Assembly: GCA_964252035.1 (NCBI GenBank)
Contig: OZ176205.1
Direction: 5' to 3' (one strand)
DNA: 64,000 nucleotides
Source of the DNA: Podarcis erhardii
Lineage: Eukaryota
Position numbers and translations under genes: made by a program. Shown in pieces: positions 50,736 through 64,000 of the stretch (its first letter is position 1; each line of letters starts with the position of its first letter). The notes below the pieces were generated by a model that searched no databases, was not told the origin of the DNA, and saw nothing but the letters and a program-made list of their open reading frames with translations.

Positions 50736-52113
50736 TTAATTGGTTAACCAGATGCCTATGGGAAGTCCGTAAACAGGACATGAGCACAATAGCCCTCTCC
50801 CATTCTCAGTGCCAAGCAACTGGCATTTGGAGACATATTGCTAGAAGTACATGGCTGGCTGTGTTTGGACATAATGCCAAATATAACCATGGTGTGGCTT
50901 TATGGGAACAAGGTGCAGTGAGCCTTGGGCTTGCACATTCCTCCCTTCCTGCTTCTGGTGCAACTCCGAGGAAATTGGAGCCTTCCACTTCTGTTTTAGT
51001 CTACTCATGATATAGTGTGCCATCGGAACCCTAAACAGTGGTTAAGCTTAACTGTGGTTTGTTGAAACAATCCAGCTTCGAAATCATTTGAAATTGGCTT
51101 GTTTGAGCAAGCTGTAGGTAAGATTACTCATAATTTGTCTAGGGTCAGATGTTATGACAAGCTGTGATTAATCTCTAAAATGAAAGTGGAGGAGCGCATG
51201 AGCCGATGGCTTGCAGTGGTCCTTTCTCATAACACTAAACCATGATTTAGCTGCACACCTGAATGCAGCCATTGCGTCAGATGTTGAGAATTGCTGCCCT
51301 CCCTCCTCGCCTTGGCAAAAAAAGAGACTGTGAGGAGTGCAAAGCGCAACACAGCTGCATAGCAAGATGTGAATCTTTCCTTGCTGGAGATGGCCTGACA
51401 GCAAACTTGCTCCTACTGATGGACTCTAGGCCTGCAAAAAGACTAATTACAAATAACACATGACAAAGATGCCCCAAGGGCAGGAAAATTGTTCAGAACA
51501 TTCGCTTTCCCCAATGACTTCTGCTTTTTCAGACCAATAATGTTATTCATCAGAGCTTGCTGTTCACACCTAGAGAAGGGCTTTTATGTAAATGCATTTC
51601 TAGATACTGCCAACGGCATGTGTAGATGGCAGGGAGAATAACAGGCCATGATTAGAGCAATGTGTTTGTGGTCAAGCACTACCAAATATATTATTCATTA
51701 AGTTTTCTGTTGTCCATTTATACAAGGTTGGTAGGCAAAGATCCCTAAGGAATCTGATTAGCAGCAGCCTTTGGCTATCGGACTCTGAAAAGATGTCCCC
51801 TCCCTCCCAACACCTTCCATTTAGCCAGATTATGTGTGTTGTATAAGACTGCAATGTTTGCAATAGCTTCTGGAAAAAATCTGCAAGCTACATTTTTCCT
51901 GCCACTGATTGGAGGATGCAATATTTTCCTGGTGAAACAAGGTCTCAGGATTATAGTCATGCTTTTTATTAATTTCAGGAAATGTGTATCTTTTAAAATG
52001 TGTACAGATGATACACCTGAAAACATGTATTGTACATGTATACTACTAGCTGAATTTGGCTACCGTTTGATAATGAATGTCCTCTTGGTGGCAAATAGTG
52101 ACTTATCTCTAAG

Positions 52114-52320
52114 GCTCAGTGTAGTATAGTGGTTAGAGTGCTGGACTAGGACCTGGGAGACCAGAGTTTGAATCCCTGCTCACCTATAAAGCTCATTGGA
52201 TGACCTTGGTCCAGTCACTCTATCTTAGCCTAGTCTACCTCACAGGGTTGTTTTGAGGATTAAATGGGAGGTGGGAAACCATGTATGCCTCATTGAGTTC
52301 CTTGGAGGACAGGTAGATGA
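52114..52320 (+). mobile_element. tRNA-derived SINE (Squam3/MIR-like)
   Basis: tagtatagtggttagagtgctggac head; gatgaccttgg...tcact CORE-like segment. Confidence 0.65.
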
Positions 52321-53057
52321 TGATGATAATGATAATGATGTGTGAAATGGCCCCAAGTGTATGGAGTCTGGTGAGGTGGCTGTGGTTTCTCTGCAGTTCT
52401 TTCTGGCAGGCCAGAAAGAATTAAGACTTGCTATTAGTAACCTTCCTGCATCTTCCACAACACACAACTTTTGTCCTGATTCCCATTGTGCTTCTTCTGC
52501 TTGCATGGGGTTTATATAATTTATTTTCATTTATTTTGTTGATTGAATTCCTACACCACCCTTCACCCAAGGATCATGTGTCCCAGTTCAATCTGTAACT
52601 GCAGCTGCCTTCAGTTGTCTCCCTGCTCATCACTCAAACGCTGATAGGCGTCATGTTCTGAAGGCTGGGGAGAAAGATTTCCAGCTATCATGGGACATAA
52701 TTCTTTCATTAAATCCCTCACCAGGCAAAAAAACCCCAAAACCAAAAACACCACTGGCACGAGGCCCATTCATGCTAATCAAGATAGGCCAACCTCCTAA
52801 CACCCGTGGTTAAAGATTGAAAGGTGGAAGAGAGGCTAGGCAGGGACATTTCATCAAGCTTGTTACGGTTATGAGCAAGGGAAGAAAAATGTTTCAAAAG
52901 TGTGCAGGGACTCAAGCTTGATAGGAGGTTGAAACCTTGTGTATAACAAACCGTGGTGTGTGTGGCTTCTGCTGGAAGCTAAAGTTGAAGCAGTAGAAAT
53001 GGTCATTTCTGTTGGCAACCTTTGCGCCAATCCTGCTTAATGCCAGCTGATAGCTGC

Positions 53058-53360
53058 CACATAAGAAGGGTCTGCTGGATCAGGCCAATAGCCTATCTGG
53101 TCCAGCATCCTGTTCTTACAGTGGCGCCACCCATATCTGTCTGGGGGAAACATGCAAGCAGAACCTTAGCCCAAGAACACCTTGCCCTCCTGTGGTTTCC
53201 TGCAACAGGTATTCCTGCAACTAGCATCCTTTCTCATTCCTGGATGGATCTTCTCATTCACTGGTACATCATCCCCCAGAGGGGTTTTTCTTCCTGTTCT
53301 TCCAGTTCCCCACAATCCTGACTTACAGCCTTCTGCTTTGAATTGCCACCCACCTGTGTA
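53058..53360 (-). mobile_element. CR1 LINE 3' fragment
   Basis: acataagaagggtctgctggatcaggccaatagcctatctggtccagcatcctg. Confidence 0.65.
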
Positions 53361-53934
53361 AGACAAGGTGTTCTGAGCCGTGAAGCTGAGTCTTCCGGGG
53401 TTAACGTCAGGAGGAGTCTAGCTATCTTGGCGGGAGTGAAAATCCCAGAGCAGGCTGGGCAGCTGCTAAGATCCCTCCATTGCAGGGCAACCTAGGATAG
53501 TGTGGAGGTGGGGGCTGACTGCAGATAATGCACTCAAGCCATCTGCTCCATCCTTGGACCTTTGAGAGCAGGCTCCCTTTGATCTGGGCTCCGTGGGAGA
53601 GGCTACCCTTTTAACATTTCATGCAGCCCCTCAACTGTGTCTGTGATGTTTAGCATGGAGGATGATGCTGATTTAAAGGTGCAGAGATGTGATGGATTGG
53701 GGTGGGGGGTGGGTTTAGAAGCCAAGGGATTAAGCATTCCTTACTACAAGGGGATTAGGGTGGTGGGATAGCGGAGGCGGATGAGATGAGACACAAAATG
53801 GGAAGGAGCAGATCATTGGCAGTAAGCTGTTGCGGAGACATTAACTAGGTCAGAGGCTCCTAAGGCGGCAGGTCCTCTTGAGCTTTATGCTCTAGAATAG
53901 GGATGGAGAACCTGTGGCCCTCCAGATGTTGTTG

Positions 53935-54573
53935 AATTATTATTATCTATTATTAACTTGGTTTCTTACTTGCCCTTCACCACAGGGTCCCAGGGCAGGT
54001 TACAGCAATCCAGAAGACTGTATTGAAACCAGTTTAAAACAAATACAATGGAAAAGAACAGGATGGGTCTTAAAAATAGGTATCTCAGGTGTCAAAGGTC
54101 AGGGTAAAGAGGTACGGTACATCTTCAGCATATGATCTTGCAGACATGACACCTCTGTAGGGAGGATATTCTGTAACTTAGGTCTGCCGTAGAGAATGTC
54201 CTCTTCTGAGCTGCCACACCCTGGATATCTGAGGGTGGTGGAGCTTCCAAGAGGGCCTCCTCTGTTGATCAGAACATAGGAGATCCATGGGAAAGGAGGC
54301 AGTCTTTCGGATATTTGGGGCCTAAGTTGTTTAGGGATTTAAATACTAATGTGAGCACCTTGAATCAGACCTGGAAATCAATGGGCAACAAGTGCAACTG
54401 TTTTGAAACAGGGGCCTTATGAGCTCTAAACAGAACCCTATCTGCCTGCTGCATTTTGGACAAGTTGAAGTTTCAGAGTCATCTTCAAGTTTAGCCCCAC
54501 GTTGGAAGAGTACATTGTAATAATCAAGCCTGGAAGTTACAATAGCATGGAGTATGGTGTCCAAGTTATCTCT
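53935..54573 (-). mobile_element. Decayed L2 LINE 3' portion
   Basis: Minus-strand peptide LHAIVTSRLDYYNVL (L2 ORF2 hallmark) and a reversed L2 tail at about 53940-54005. Confidence 0.8.
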
Positions 54574-54823
54574 GAGAGCCAGTGTGGTGTAGTGGTTAAG
54601 AGCAATAGACTTGCAATCTGGGGAACCACTCCTCCGCTCCTCCACATGCAGCTGCTGGGTGACCTTGGGCTAGTCACACTTCTCTGAAGCCTCTCAGCCC
54701 CACTCTCAGCCTCACAGAGTGTTTGTTGTGGGGGAGGAAGGGAAAGGAGAATGTTAGCTGCTTTGAGACTCCTTCGGGAAGTGATAAAGCGGGATATCAA
54801 ATCCAAACTCCTCTTCTTCTTCT
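54574..54823 (+). mobile_element. Squam3-type SINE, long lacertid form with (CTT)n tail
   Basis: GAGAGCCAGTGTGGTGTAGTGGTTAAGAG head ... GGGATATCAAATCCAAACTC(CTT)n. Confidence 0.82.
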
Positions 54824-55524
54824 GTCCAAAGGTAGCTGTAGCTTCAAAATGCAGCTCTCATCTTGCCTGGGTGTTGGCCAAGCTGGCTGTGGTTGGTGAG
54901 AGTTGGAGTCCAACAGCATCTAGAGGACCACAGCTTTCCTGTCCATCGTCTAGGAAAACAGAAGCATTCTCCATGCAGGCGGACTGGAGTGATACATGAA
55001 AAACCCCTATGGGTTTTTTTGGGTGCAGATGCCAGAGCACAAGATGCACTTACCTCACATCAGTTGTGGATTCTTCATGTGCACTTAAATGGCTTCATTT
55101 CTTGGAAACATACACAGAAGTAGGAAGCTGATGGTTTCCCAGCCAACACTTCTGTGCGTTTTGCCGAGAAAAAGTCTGTATTGTTGAACTTGGATATATG
55201 TTCTTGATTGCAAAAAAGCCTAGAAGAAATGGCTTCTAGCCAGTCTCTGAGCCATGTTTTGCCCCCTTGCAGAAAAAACTTTTGACCTAAAATTCCAAGG
55301 GCACGTTCCAGAAGTGGGATAGTCTGCAGTCTTCCATTCTGTGCTTAGCTCCTTTGCTCTTTTCAGGCACATTTGCATAGCAGGACTATGCTGATGGTCA
55401 CACATTAAAGGCATGCAGCTCTTATTAAGGGGATTGGATGCGATGCTGGATGTGGTCCCAGTTTAACACATGTGCACCATATTTCAGCCAGCACTTATCC
55501 TCCTGCAGCCCACATGGCTGATGA

Positions 55525-55644
<120 letters not shown>

Positions 55645-56580
55645 TGATGCCAATGAAGACTCAGATGTCAAACTGGCTGTTGCAGTCAATGAGAAGGGCG
55701 TCCCATGGAAAAAGGACCTTTCTTTTCCAGAGACCTGTCACATACTTCTGCTTGGATGACTCTCTGAGAGTGCAGATAAACAGCTTGGTTTCTTGTATCC
55801 CAGGTAGATACATGTTTAAACAACTGCTTTAGGGGTAATTTGCGCAAACAAATTGCTATGCCGAGTGTGTGGCATGGGTGCATTGAGTTCAGCACATGTT
55901 GAAATTGGCATGTTACTGTTTTGCCATGCACTCTGCTCACAAATTGATCCATGTTTCCTATGCTACCTACCTCTGCCAAATCTGTCATGGCATGACAAAT
56001 TTGGTTAGGTTGTAAGCTGCGCATGGTGATGACAGCTTTGTCTCATTCTAATGTCTCCATCTATGGTTTGCTCATTTTGTATGTGTCTATTGGCCCTTTG
56101 TCCCAAACAGTTCCAAACAGTCTTGCTTTTACACCTTAATCAATGGCACTGGCCAAATAATTGATTTTTTCTATCCTTTAAAAAGAGATTTTGCCCAACT
56201 TGAGGTAGATATCGTATCTGCCCTGCCCTTGAAGGTGTGCTGCAAATAAATTTGATATATATATTGTAGGATCTTTAATAGCTCTCTTTATTCCACTGCC
56301 TCCGAATGACTTATTTTCCCTAAAGCTTTCTACTGCTAGGCTTTGAGTTACTGGTCAGCTGTCTTTTGCTATTTGTTCTGCTGTTTCTTCATAAGCTCTA
56401 CATGAACTGTTGTAATTCATGTTCCCGTCTGCTGATTTCCCATGTCCTGTATTTGACAGTTAGCCATCTCTTGGGGCCAATTCTCACTGTTGCTTCCTCT
56501 CTCCTCCCCAGGAGAGAACAATAACTGTGTGGAAAAGAGTACTGTATGCAAAATATAAGGCGAAAATGGTGGCATGAGTA

Positions 56581-56822
56581 CAGTGGTATTTCGGGTTACA
56601 GATGCTTCAGGTTACAGACGCTTCAGGTTACAGACTCTGCCAACCCAGAAATAGTACCTTGGGTTAAGAACTTTGCTTCAGGATGAGAATAGAAATTGTG
56701 CGGCGGTGGCGCAGTGGCAGCAGGAGGCCCCATTAACTAAAGTGGTACCTCAGGTTAAGAACAGTTTCGGGTTAAGAATGGACCTCCAGAACGAATTAAG
56801 TTCTTAACCCGAGGTACCACTG
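56581..56822. mobile_element. Tigger/pogo-like MITE
   Basis: TA|cagtggta...taccactg|TA; internal 16-bp tandem ggttacagaYgcttca. Confidence 0.88.
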
Positions 56823-57647
56823 TAATTCATTTCTTCTTCTTCTCCACACTTGTGCTAGGGAGCTGATAGATTCCCTAGATCTGAGTCACGCGTACAGGGA
56901 GGAGAAAATCGACTTGGTGGTGCTCATTCGCCTATTAGGTTTTATTTGCTGCTTCCTCTATCTATACAGATTAATCTGTGTTGGGAAAACTTTAGCTTCC
57001 TATTTGGGAAAGTGAAGCAAGCAGAGGGTATCACTTGCAGGTTCTTGTCTTCTGAATCTGAGCAGTTGCTTTTCTCACTTCAGGGCAGTGGCAAGCAATG
57101 TTGTGACAGGTTCAAAAGGGTCCAAGAGCGGCTGGTTGCCTTTCCTTGCACTTGAGCGCTTTTCTTTATGTCTTTCGGGCAGCTCATAAAACATGGACTG
57201 GATTCTTGGATTTCTTTTCTTCTTTTAAGACCCTCCTTTCCAGTAATGACTCCCACTTTATTTTGTTGCAAAGCTTCTCTCCTTTGTGGTCCTTTTGATT
57301 ACAGAGCTGGCTAAGATGCTGTCAAAGGTGCAGGCCCTGTTTCATGAAGAGATTGTGCAAAATGCAAATCTCCTTTTCCACCACTCTCCTCATTTACAAG
57401 CCCAGTTTTGTATCTAACAAAATTATATGCAGAGCAGGCTCCTTGGCATTGATGAACCGTACCTTCGTCACGTCCATTGATTTCAGCAAGTCTACTTGGC
57501 TTGGCTTGACTTGGCTACAACCTCCAGACTCCCCCCAGTTTGAGCCCTTTGGAGATAATCAGAATCTGTGGTTATTTTGTAGACATTCGCTTTGGGCCTG
57601 GCAAAGAGGACACAGCCTGGCTCATTGGCTGCCTCATGCTGCAAACT

Positions 57648-58217
57648 CAGACCCTCCAAGTGTCCCTATTTTCCAGGGACGTCCCTGATTTAGAGAAGCT
57701 GTCCTTGTTTCTGATTTGATCCAGGAATGTCCCACTTTTCCTTAGAATGTCCCTATTTTCATTGGAGAAATGTTGGAGGGTATGGAGTTATCCAATCCCT
57801 GAGTGGTCTGAAGGCAATCCTGTACAGTGCTACCTCTGTCCGCCCCGTCCAGCGTCCATTTTGGCGGGCGTCCGCAGCAAACCCAGAAATACCGAAATGG
57901 GTTACTTCCGGGTTTGCTGCTCATGCATGCGCAGAAGCGCAAACTGCTCCGCATGTGTGCACAGAGCATTTGTTTTGTTGAGCATTCTTTTTGTTGAGCG
58001 TCCGGGGCTCTGGAACAGATCGTGGACTCAAAACAAGGTATCACTGTATAGGGAAGCTTTTTAAAAAGTTTAATGTTTATTATGTATTTATATATGCTGG
58101 AAACGTACCTGAATGGCTGGGGCAACGCAACAGTTAGATGTGTGAAGTATAAATAGTAAAATTATCATTATGGAATGGGACACCCCTGTTTTCATCACTG
58201 AAATGTTGGAGGGTATG
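57648..58217. mobile_element. hAT-type MITE with a nested Tigger-like MITE
   Basis: Termini cagaccctccaag / ttggagggtatg; flanking duplication CAAACT; nested element at 57825-58046 with TA flanks. Confidence 0.75.
57825..58046. mobile_element. Tigger/pogo-like MITE (nested)
   Basis: TA|cagtgctacc...ggtatcactg|TA. Confidence 0.8.
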
Positions 58218-61200
58218 CAAACTGTTATTGTGCCCTTTATTCAAATAAGAAGCAAATTAACCCTTAGGAATGGGACCTGGAACACATTTGCAAACTCTTA
58301 AAGTGCAGTGATAAGGCTTCTGCTGTGCATGGTGTCACATTCTGTGTGGGGAAAAAATAATTGTGTGAAGATCATCTGGTGTTCTGGGAAGGAGCTCTCA
58401 GGGTCAATCTAAACATGAGTTAAGCACAGGTTGGAATTGTTTCTCTTTACAAAAAGCAGCCACAGCAGGGGCCCTGGTCTGGATCAGGACCATGGAGCCA
58501 TTTTCCCGCTAGAACTCCCCCTTGAAGCTATTTGCCCTTATTTAATTCCCGCCCCACCCCCAGTTGGAGTAAATAGCAGCTGGGGGTGATTTCTCTGCAG
58601 GAAAATGGTGCAGGAGGTTAAGTCCCTTTCTCCCATGTCGTGTTACTGATTCCAATGGGTGGGGAGCATTTTAGAGAAAGGAATATGGTCAATTTCAACC
58701 ACCTACCTTAAAGAGAGGCTTCAAGTCACCTCTAGTGTGAGCCCTAACTGCGTCCATGCCTAAAAGAGAGGAGGTAAACGTTTGAGCTTGCCTACTTGCT
58801 TTCTGTTTTCTGCCATATGCACATAAGACGGAGCCATCTACGTTTGCAGACAGAAGATGGCATGCAGGGAAGCCGATTCTACCCCTGCCATCCTCTGTCA
58901 GCTGGCTGACCCTGTGTGTTGGTTGTTCATCCATCCTGTTGCTCTTGTGTTCCTTTCTTGGTTGCCTCACAATGAAGCTTTCGTGCTTTTTTGGGGGGGT
59001 CAGAGTACCTGCTCTGCCTCCTAGAAGTTCCTGCCCTTTGTGCTGACCTCCTAGGGATAGGAAGCCAGGGAAGAGTCGGAGCCATCTGTGACTTAGAAAG
59101 AGAAGCAGTGTGGATGTGCACTCTCTGTGGCAAGCTGCACAGTTGTTCTTTGTAGCTATTTCTCTGCGACAGTTGACCTAGTGCTAAGTCCTTAGCCCTC
59201 TTGCCCCCACCCCCAATTCTAATTCAGTCCACTGCTGAAATCTGTCTGGATAGCAGTAAGAAAACTCAATGCCAAAGGGATTTGCACGTTGCGTTGTTTC
59301 TACCATATGTTTGTATTTGCTTAATGCGATGTGGGATTGGCCATGCACCCCTTCCCCAGAGCGGGGAGTTAAGCTGCTCAGACAGTACCGTTCCATTGGG
59401 GCTGCCCCACTCTTTGTCACCCAGGAGTTGCCAGTGAGGCAGCTTCCCTCTGCCCAGCTTCTTTGATTCATGGAGTCAAATGATTCCACAGCAAATAAGT
59501 TGCTCCAGTTCAATTTGCACAGTGGCAAGATCCTGCCAGTCAATGGTTTTCGCAAATAAAGCCGGCTTCCCATCCATTGCTGTGTTTGCCATGTACCTAA
59601 TAACTTCCTGCCATTTCACTCTTACCCATTCCATCCCTATAGCTTTCTAGCAACTCCTTAGTTAATGCTATATTGAAAATATGTCCCTTTTTTTTTTTTT
59701 AATTCTACATCAGTTAATGAGAAAAGCACATGCGTTTGCAAATTAACAGAAAGGAGAGAAATGTTTGGTGAACAGTATGTTAAGCTGAAAACCCTGCAGC
59801 CTCTGAAATTCTAAAGACATTTTCAAGTGACCTGAAAGAGAGGCAGAACAGAAGCCTCTTAAGCAGGAGAAGAAAACTTTCAAAGAACTGGAGGGCAGGT
59901 TTTGGCAATGACAATGGCTGCAGAAGAACGAGGCCAGTGGAAAGCAAAGCTCCTTAATTCTCACCAGAAGAAGAACTCTGCCACTGATTTTCTGCGGGTA
60001 GTTTTGGCAAGTTTCAGTAGCTCACCTCTCCCCCAACCCTGCTAAAAAGTAAAATAAAAAGGGCTTTGAGACAATGTTATCCAAACACTGATGCCTGGAA
60101 AGTCACCAAAGACTGCCAGTGATGCCAGTTTAGGATTCCAGGAACCTCACGTATGGCTTCAGTGTTGGATGAAAGTAGGAAGGGTGTGGGTGTGCATGGG
60201 GCCAGAGAGGTGGACTTGCCAGGCAGTAGAATTGCCTAATTTTGTACATGATGGGCCTCCTGCATACTATTAATAGGGGGATTTTTGCAGTGTGTAATTT
60301 CTTCCCACCAGCCCTGCACTGTTGGGAGAAGCCCCACCTCTCCAAATGTTTTCCTCTGCAGCAATCACACAGAATTGCTCTTGTGGCACAGAATTGTTGT
60401 TGTGTATTGATTATTTCAATCTTCCTAAGTAATCAAAAACTATTCTCTGCCCTCTGAGCCATGGCTGTTGTTTTGCCATCTGAAGGATCGCTCAGACAGA
60501 TTTGTCTCCCCATGTATGTGCTTCTGCCATTCTTGCTTGTACAGACCCCATTTGTGGACTAATCTTAATTGCTTCTGCTGACTCCCTTTGAACCTAGATC
60601 CCTAATTAACCCATGTCTGTGCCGGGACGCATCTTGCAAATTCTGCAACCCTCTATCTCCCTGGATTTCATGCTTTGCTCTTCTAATGGGATTCTGCCTC
60701 CCCCGCACCCAGTAGCAAATCCTCTTGATTTTCCCACAGTTTCTCCAGACAATTACAGGGTAGCATCTGGGGAAGCTGGCTTATCAACAGTGCCTTAGTG
60801 GCATGCAGTTTTCTTGGTGTCGTAGCACAGAGAGAGTCCAGCAGCACACCAGAGTCATGGAACATGAATAGAGAAGGCTCTCAGTCAGTTGTGGCGTTGG
60901 CTCTAGGGCTCATCTATCTTTGGTCCCCTATGTGAGGCCGATGTTTTCTGGGCAGCTCCAAACCTCCCCTTCAGAGTTATAGGGGTAAGGAAGAAGAGGG
61001 TTGCTCTCAGAACGCAGTGCATCTCATCAGTGACGCTGATCTGGATTCAGGAGGCCAGATGGCAACTGGGGGAAGGGGGCAGGCCATTCAGGATTGCCAT
61101 GGGCTTCATGGAAGGACTGGAATTGGTGCCCTATGTATGCTGCAATGAGGTGATCGATAGATAACAAACATAATAGATAGACTGTCTTGAATGTGTTCTG

Positions 61201-62395
61201 GGACTTTTGGGCTGGATTCAACTCACCAAGGACTCCTCCTAGCACAGTAGAGTCACTGGGGGAGGAAGGGGGGTGCGGTCCGCCCCGGGTGTCATCCCTG
61301 GGATGTGTGTGTGACATTGCTGCCCTGCCCCCCTGGGACGCTCACCGCTCACCCTGCCCCCGTGGGCAGCTAGCCCCACCCCTGGGTGCACAGCAGCTAG
61401 CTCCTTCTCTCTCCTCCCCCAATCTGCTGTGGAGGGTCAGGAAAACTCCCACAACAGATTGGTGGGAAGAGCTGGGAGATGGTTCCACCCAGCAAGCAGA
61501 AATACTTACAATGGCAGAACTATCGCCTTATAGTGTGATGTCGAATTACACCCTCAATTTTCCACTATCCTGGTATTGACTCCTGTCCACCACAACCACC
61601 CTCCAGCCATCTCTCTGATTCTTCCTTTACTTAGCTGTAAGTTTGGTGTGAAAGGCTTTCCTTCTTCCAACAAGGTGCAGCCTTTTGGCAGAAACGAACC
61701 GGGAAAGAGAGAACAAAGTTGCTGGAATCTCAGCTAAGGCCCAAGAGCGGCCTGGAGAGCCTCTTCTCCTGGCTTGGAATGTGTTGTAGGTGGGCAGCAG
61801 AAGGGCTCTCTCCCAAAGGAAAGCATCGCCCAGGACCTCTGCCAAAGAGCATGGCTTCTCCTTCATGCCTGACAGGCAAGCTGGGCTCCAGCCGTTGCCA
61901 TGGCAGCTAGTACCCTTCACCAAACAATGTGGGGAAACCACATGTAGATTTTCTGCTGAAGCTTTGGCTGCAGCCAGGCAGATGGCTGGGGGTCTCTTGG
62001 GCGGATGCCACCCAAACCCACATCGCAGCTACATTGACACTTTGGCCTTGGGCTTCCTGTATATATTTCCTCCCTCCCTCAGAAGTGCAGCCCCTGAGCT
62101 CTCTTCTCTCACACCTCTCACCCCTCTAATCCTCTGTGTTTCGGTTCATTTTCTCCTGGCAGCTTGAACAAGGCAGAGCGTAAGGGGCACAAAAGTTTCC
62201 CGTCGAAAGAGAAGGGATTATCAGCCACTCCTGTCTCGAGTATTTGAGGCACGCATTCTCCAGCTCCTCAAGAGCCCTTTAGCTGTTACAAGAACAGCAC
62301 TCCTGAGTCCGCTGTTTGCAGATATTCATGGTCCTTTGCAGGATCAAGAGGATGGGGAGCAAAAAAGGGGGTCCTCCAGGTTGATCTAAAGGTAT

Positions 62396-62396
62396 A

Positions 62397-62446
<50 letters not shown>

Positions 62447-62478
62447 GAGACAGAGACAGAGAGAGAGACAGGGAGAGA
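62396..62478 (+). repeat. Compound (GT)n(GA)n microsatellite
   Basis: Directly visible GT run followed by GA/GACA runs. Confidence 0.95.
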
Positions 62479-62794
62479 GGTGGCAGCAGCAGTGAGGGAG
62501 CTATCAAAGAGGTGAGCTAAGAGCTGAGTGCCTAAAGGCTCCTTCAGATTGGTGTTTTTTTGTGGGTGGGTGAATGTGCCCTAAAGGCTCATCCACACAT
62601 ACTTTCTTTTTCTGCTCATTTCTAGGCATAGGTCTGTGCTTTGAAGCTCTCATGGGGGTGTTCATTGATGTAAAAATTGTGCATTAGTGAGGGGATTTAT
62701 ACTGGACTGCCCACACATCACTCTGGTTAGTTCTGTGATGCTTCACCAATACTATTCCATTATTGATGTCTGGGGAAGGGGGCATTCTTGCACT

Positions 62795-62856
62795 TTGTTG
62801 TTCTTGTTTAGTCATGTCCGATTCTTCGTGACCCTGTGGACCGTAGCACGTCAGGC
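62795..62856 (-). mobile_element. BovB-type 3' tail fragment
   Basis: ttgttg...tttagtcatgtccgattcttcgtgaccctgtggacc = reverse complement of the same tail seen at 28740-28795. Confidence 0.7.
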
Positions 62857-64000
62857 AACAAAAGTGGGACAAAAAATATAAAAAGCTTAAGGATTTCAGC
62901 GGGAAGTTACAGGATGTCCACTGACCAGTAACAAAGCAGCATGACTGTCCTGAAGCTTTTGCAGGTGCAAACAGTATTGAAAGTGGGGCCTTGATACCTT
63001 CATGACTATAGATTACAATGACTTCACAATCAAAAGGACATTGGGAGGGACCCTAAATCAGGAAATCAGAGCTGAGGGGTGTATCAGAGCCAGGAAGATT
63101 TTGTGGCTCAGGCAGTGCCTCGGTCCAGAGAAGGAAGCTCCTGTCCAGGAGAACCCATTTACCAGTTTGGATGACTGAGATCTGGCCACAGTCTGAGAAT
63201 ATTTCACTGCCTGTAAAGCTTTCCTATGCCATAGTTCTGATAGCTCACCATGCAGGGCTTCTGCACAAAGAACCAAATGTTCCTGGTTTGACCCCCCCCC
63301 CAACAAATCTCTTCCACACTTCCTCTTGTCCTGCTGCTTTACCCTGGAGAAAACCACTCTTTAGTGCTCAAGCAGAGCAAATGGCAATTTGGGTTTCTTG
63401 CAGATTGCTGTTTGTTCCAGTTTAGAGCTAAAGAGCGAGTTTTCCCTGGGAAAGGAGAAGGGCAGGGGAGAAACCACTTTGACCCATGCTTTCTAGGCAT
63501 AGGACACGAAGAAGTATGAATGAGCCCTAAGGGCTCAGAGACACTTAGCTTTGCTCCGCATTTGTAGGTCTGCACTTTAACACTCCTTGTCTGAGTGCTT
63601 TTTTTTTTTTTACCCCTAGCACTTTCTCCACAAAAACTTGCTCTTTACCTCTGAATCGGAGCAAATGGCAGTCTGCAGGAAACCTGAATTACTGTTTGTT
63701 CCGATGCAGTGTTAAAGAATAGGTTTTTCTGCGGCATTTTTTATTTTAAAAAAGTGTGTGGACCCTGACTGGGAAAACGCATACCTGTGCCTAGAAAGCT
63801 TGGGTAGGTGTGGATGAGCAGAACCATATTTATGATTCTTTGAAAGTGACTTTCCAAAACATGAGCCAAATGCCATTGAAAAGAATTTTGGCCTGCATTC
63901 TCTAATCTTGGCAGAATTTGTATATCACGTACCAGATAAATGGGTATCTGTTCTGGGTACTGATTTTTATGCCATACTCTACAATTCTATGATTCCCCCC

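Noticed and set aside
56590-56635. Regular 16-bp repeats
   Set aside because: Spacerless internal tandem repeat of a MITE, not CRISPR-like.

Overview
Eukaryotic genomic DNA from a squamate, most likely a lacertid lizard judging by its Sauria-type and Squam3-type SINEs. Three + strand genes appear in the same order as human 1p13.3. (1) The last five coding exons of ELAPOR1/KIAA1324 (182-6396). (2) A complete 11-exon SARS1 (13344-26120; spliced CDS 1545 nt = 514 aa, all introns GT-AG) with a CpG-island promoter. (3) The 3.5-kb first coding exon of CELSR2 (40263-43779), followed by more than 20 kb of intron 1; no exon 2 was found in the window. The remaining sequence is intronic or intergenic and rich in SINEs, truncated CR1/L2/BovB/L1 LINEs and hAT or Tc1/mariner MITEs. 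There are no prokaryotic-type systems, CRISPR arrays or intact tRNA/rRNA genes. The most notable non-coding observations are: a decayed minimal hammerhead ribozyme in a Penelope-like remnant downstream of SARS1; a very young L1 with a perfect 17-bp target-site duplication (TSD); ATF4-type CARE motifs on both sides of the SARS1 start; RFX X-box motifs in CELSR2 intron 1; and a hAT MITE carrying telomeric hexamers. Repeat family names come from recalled consensus resemblance, not from database searches.
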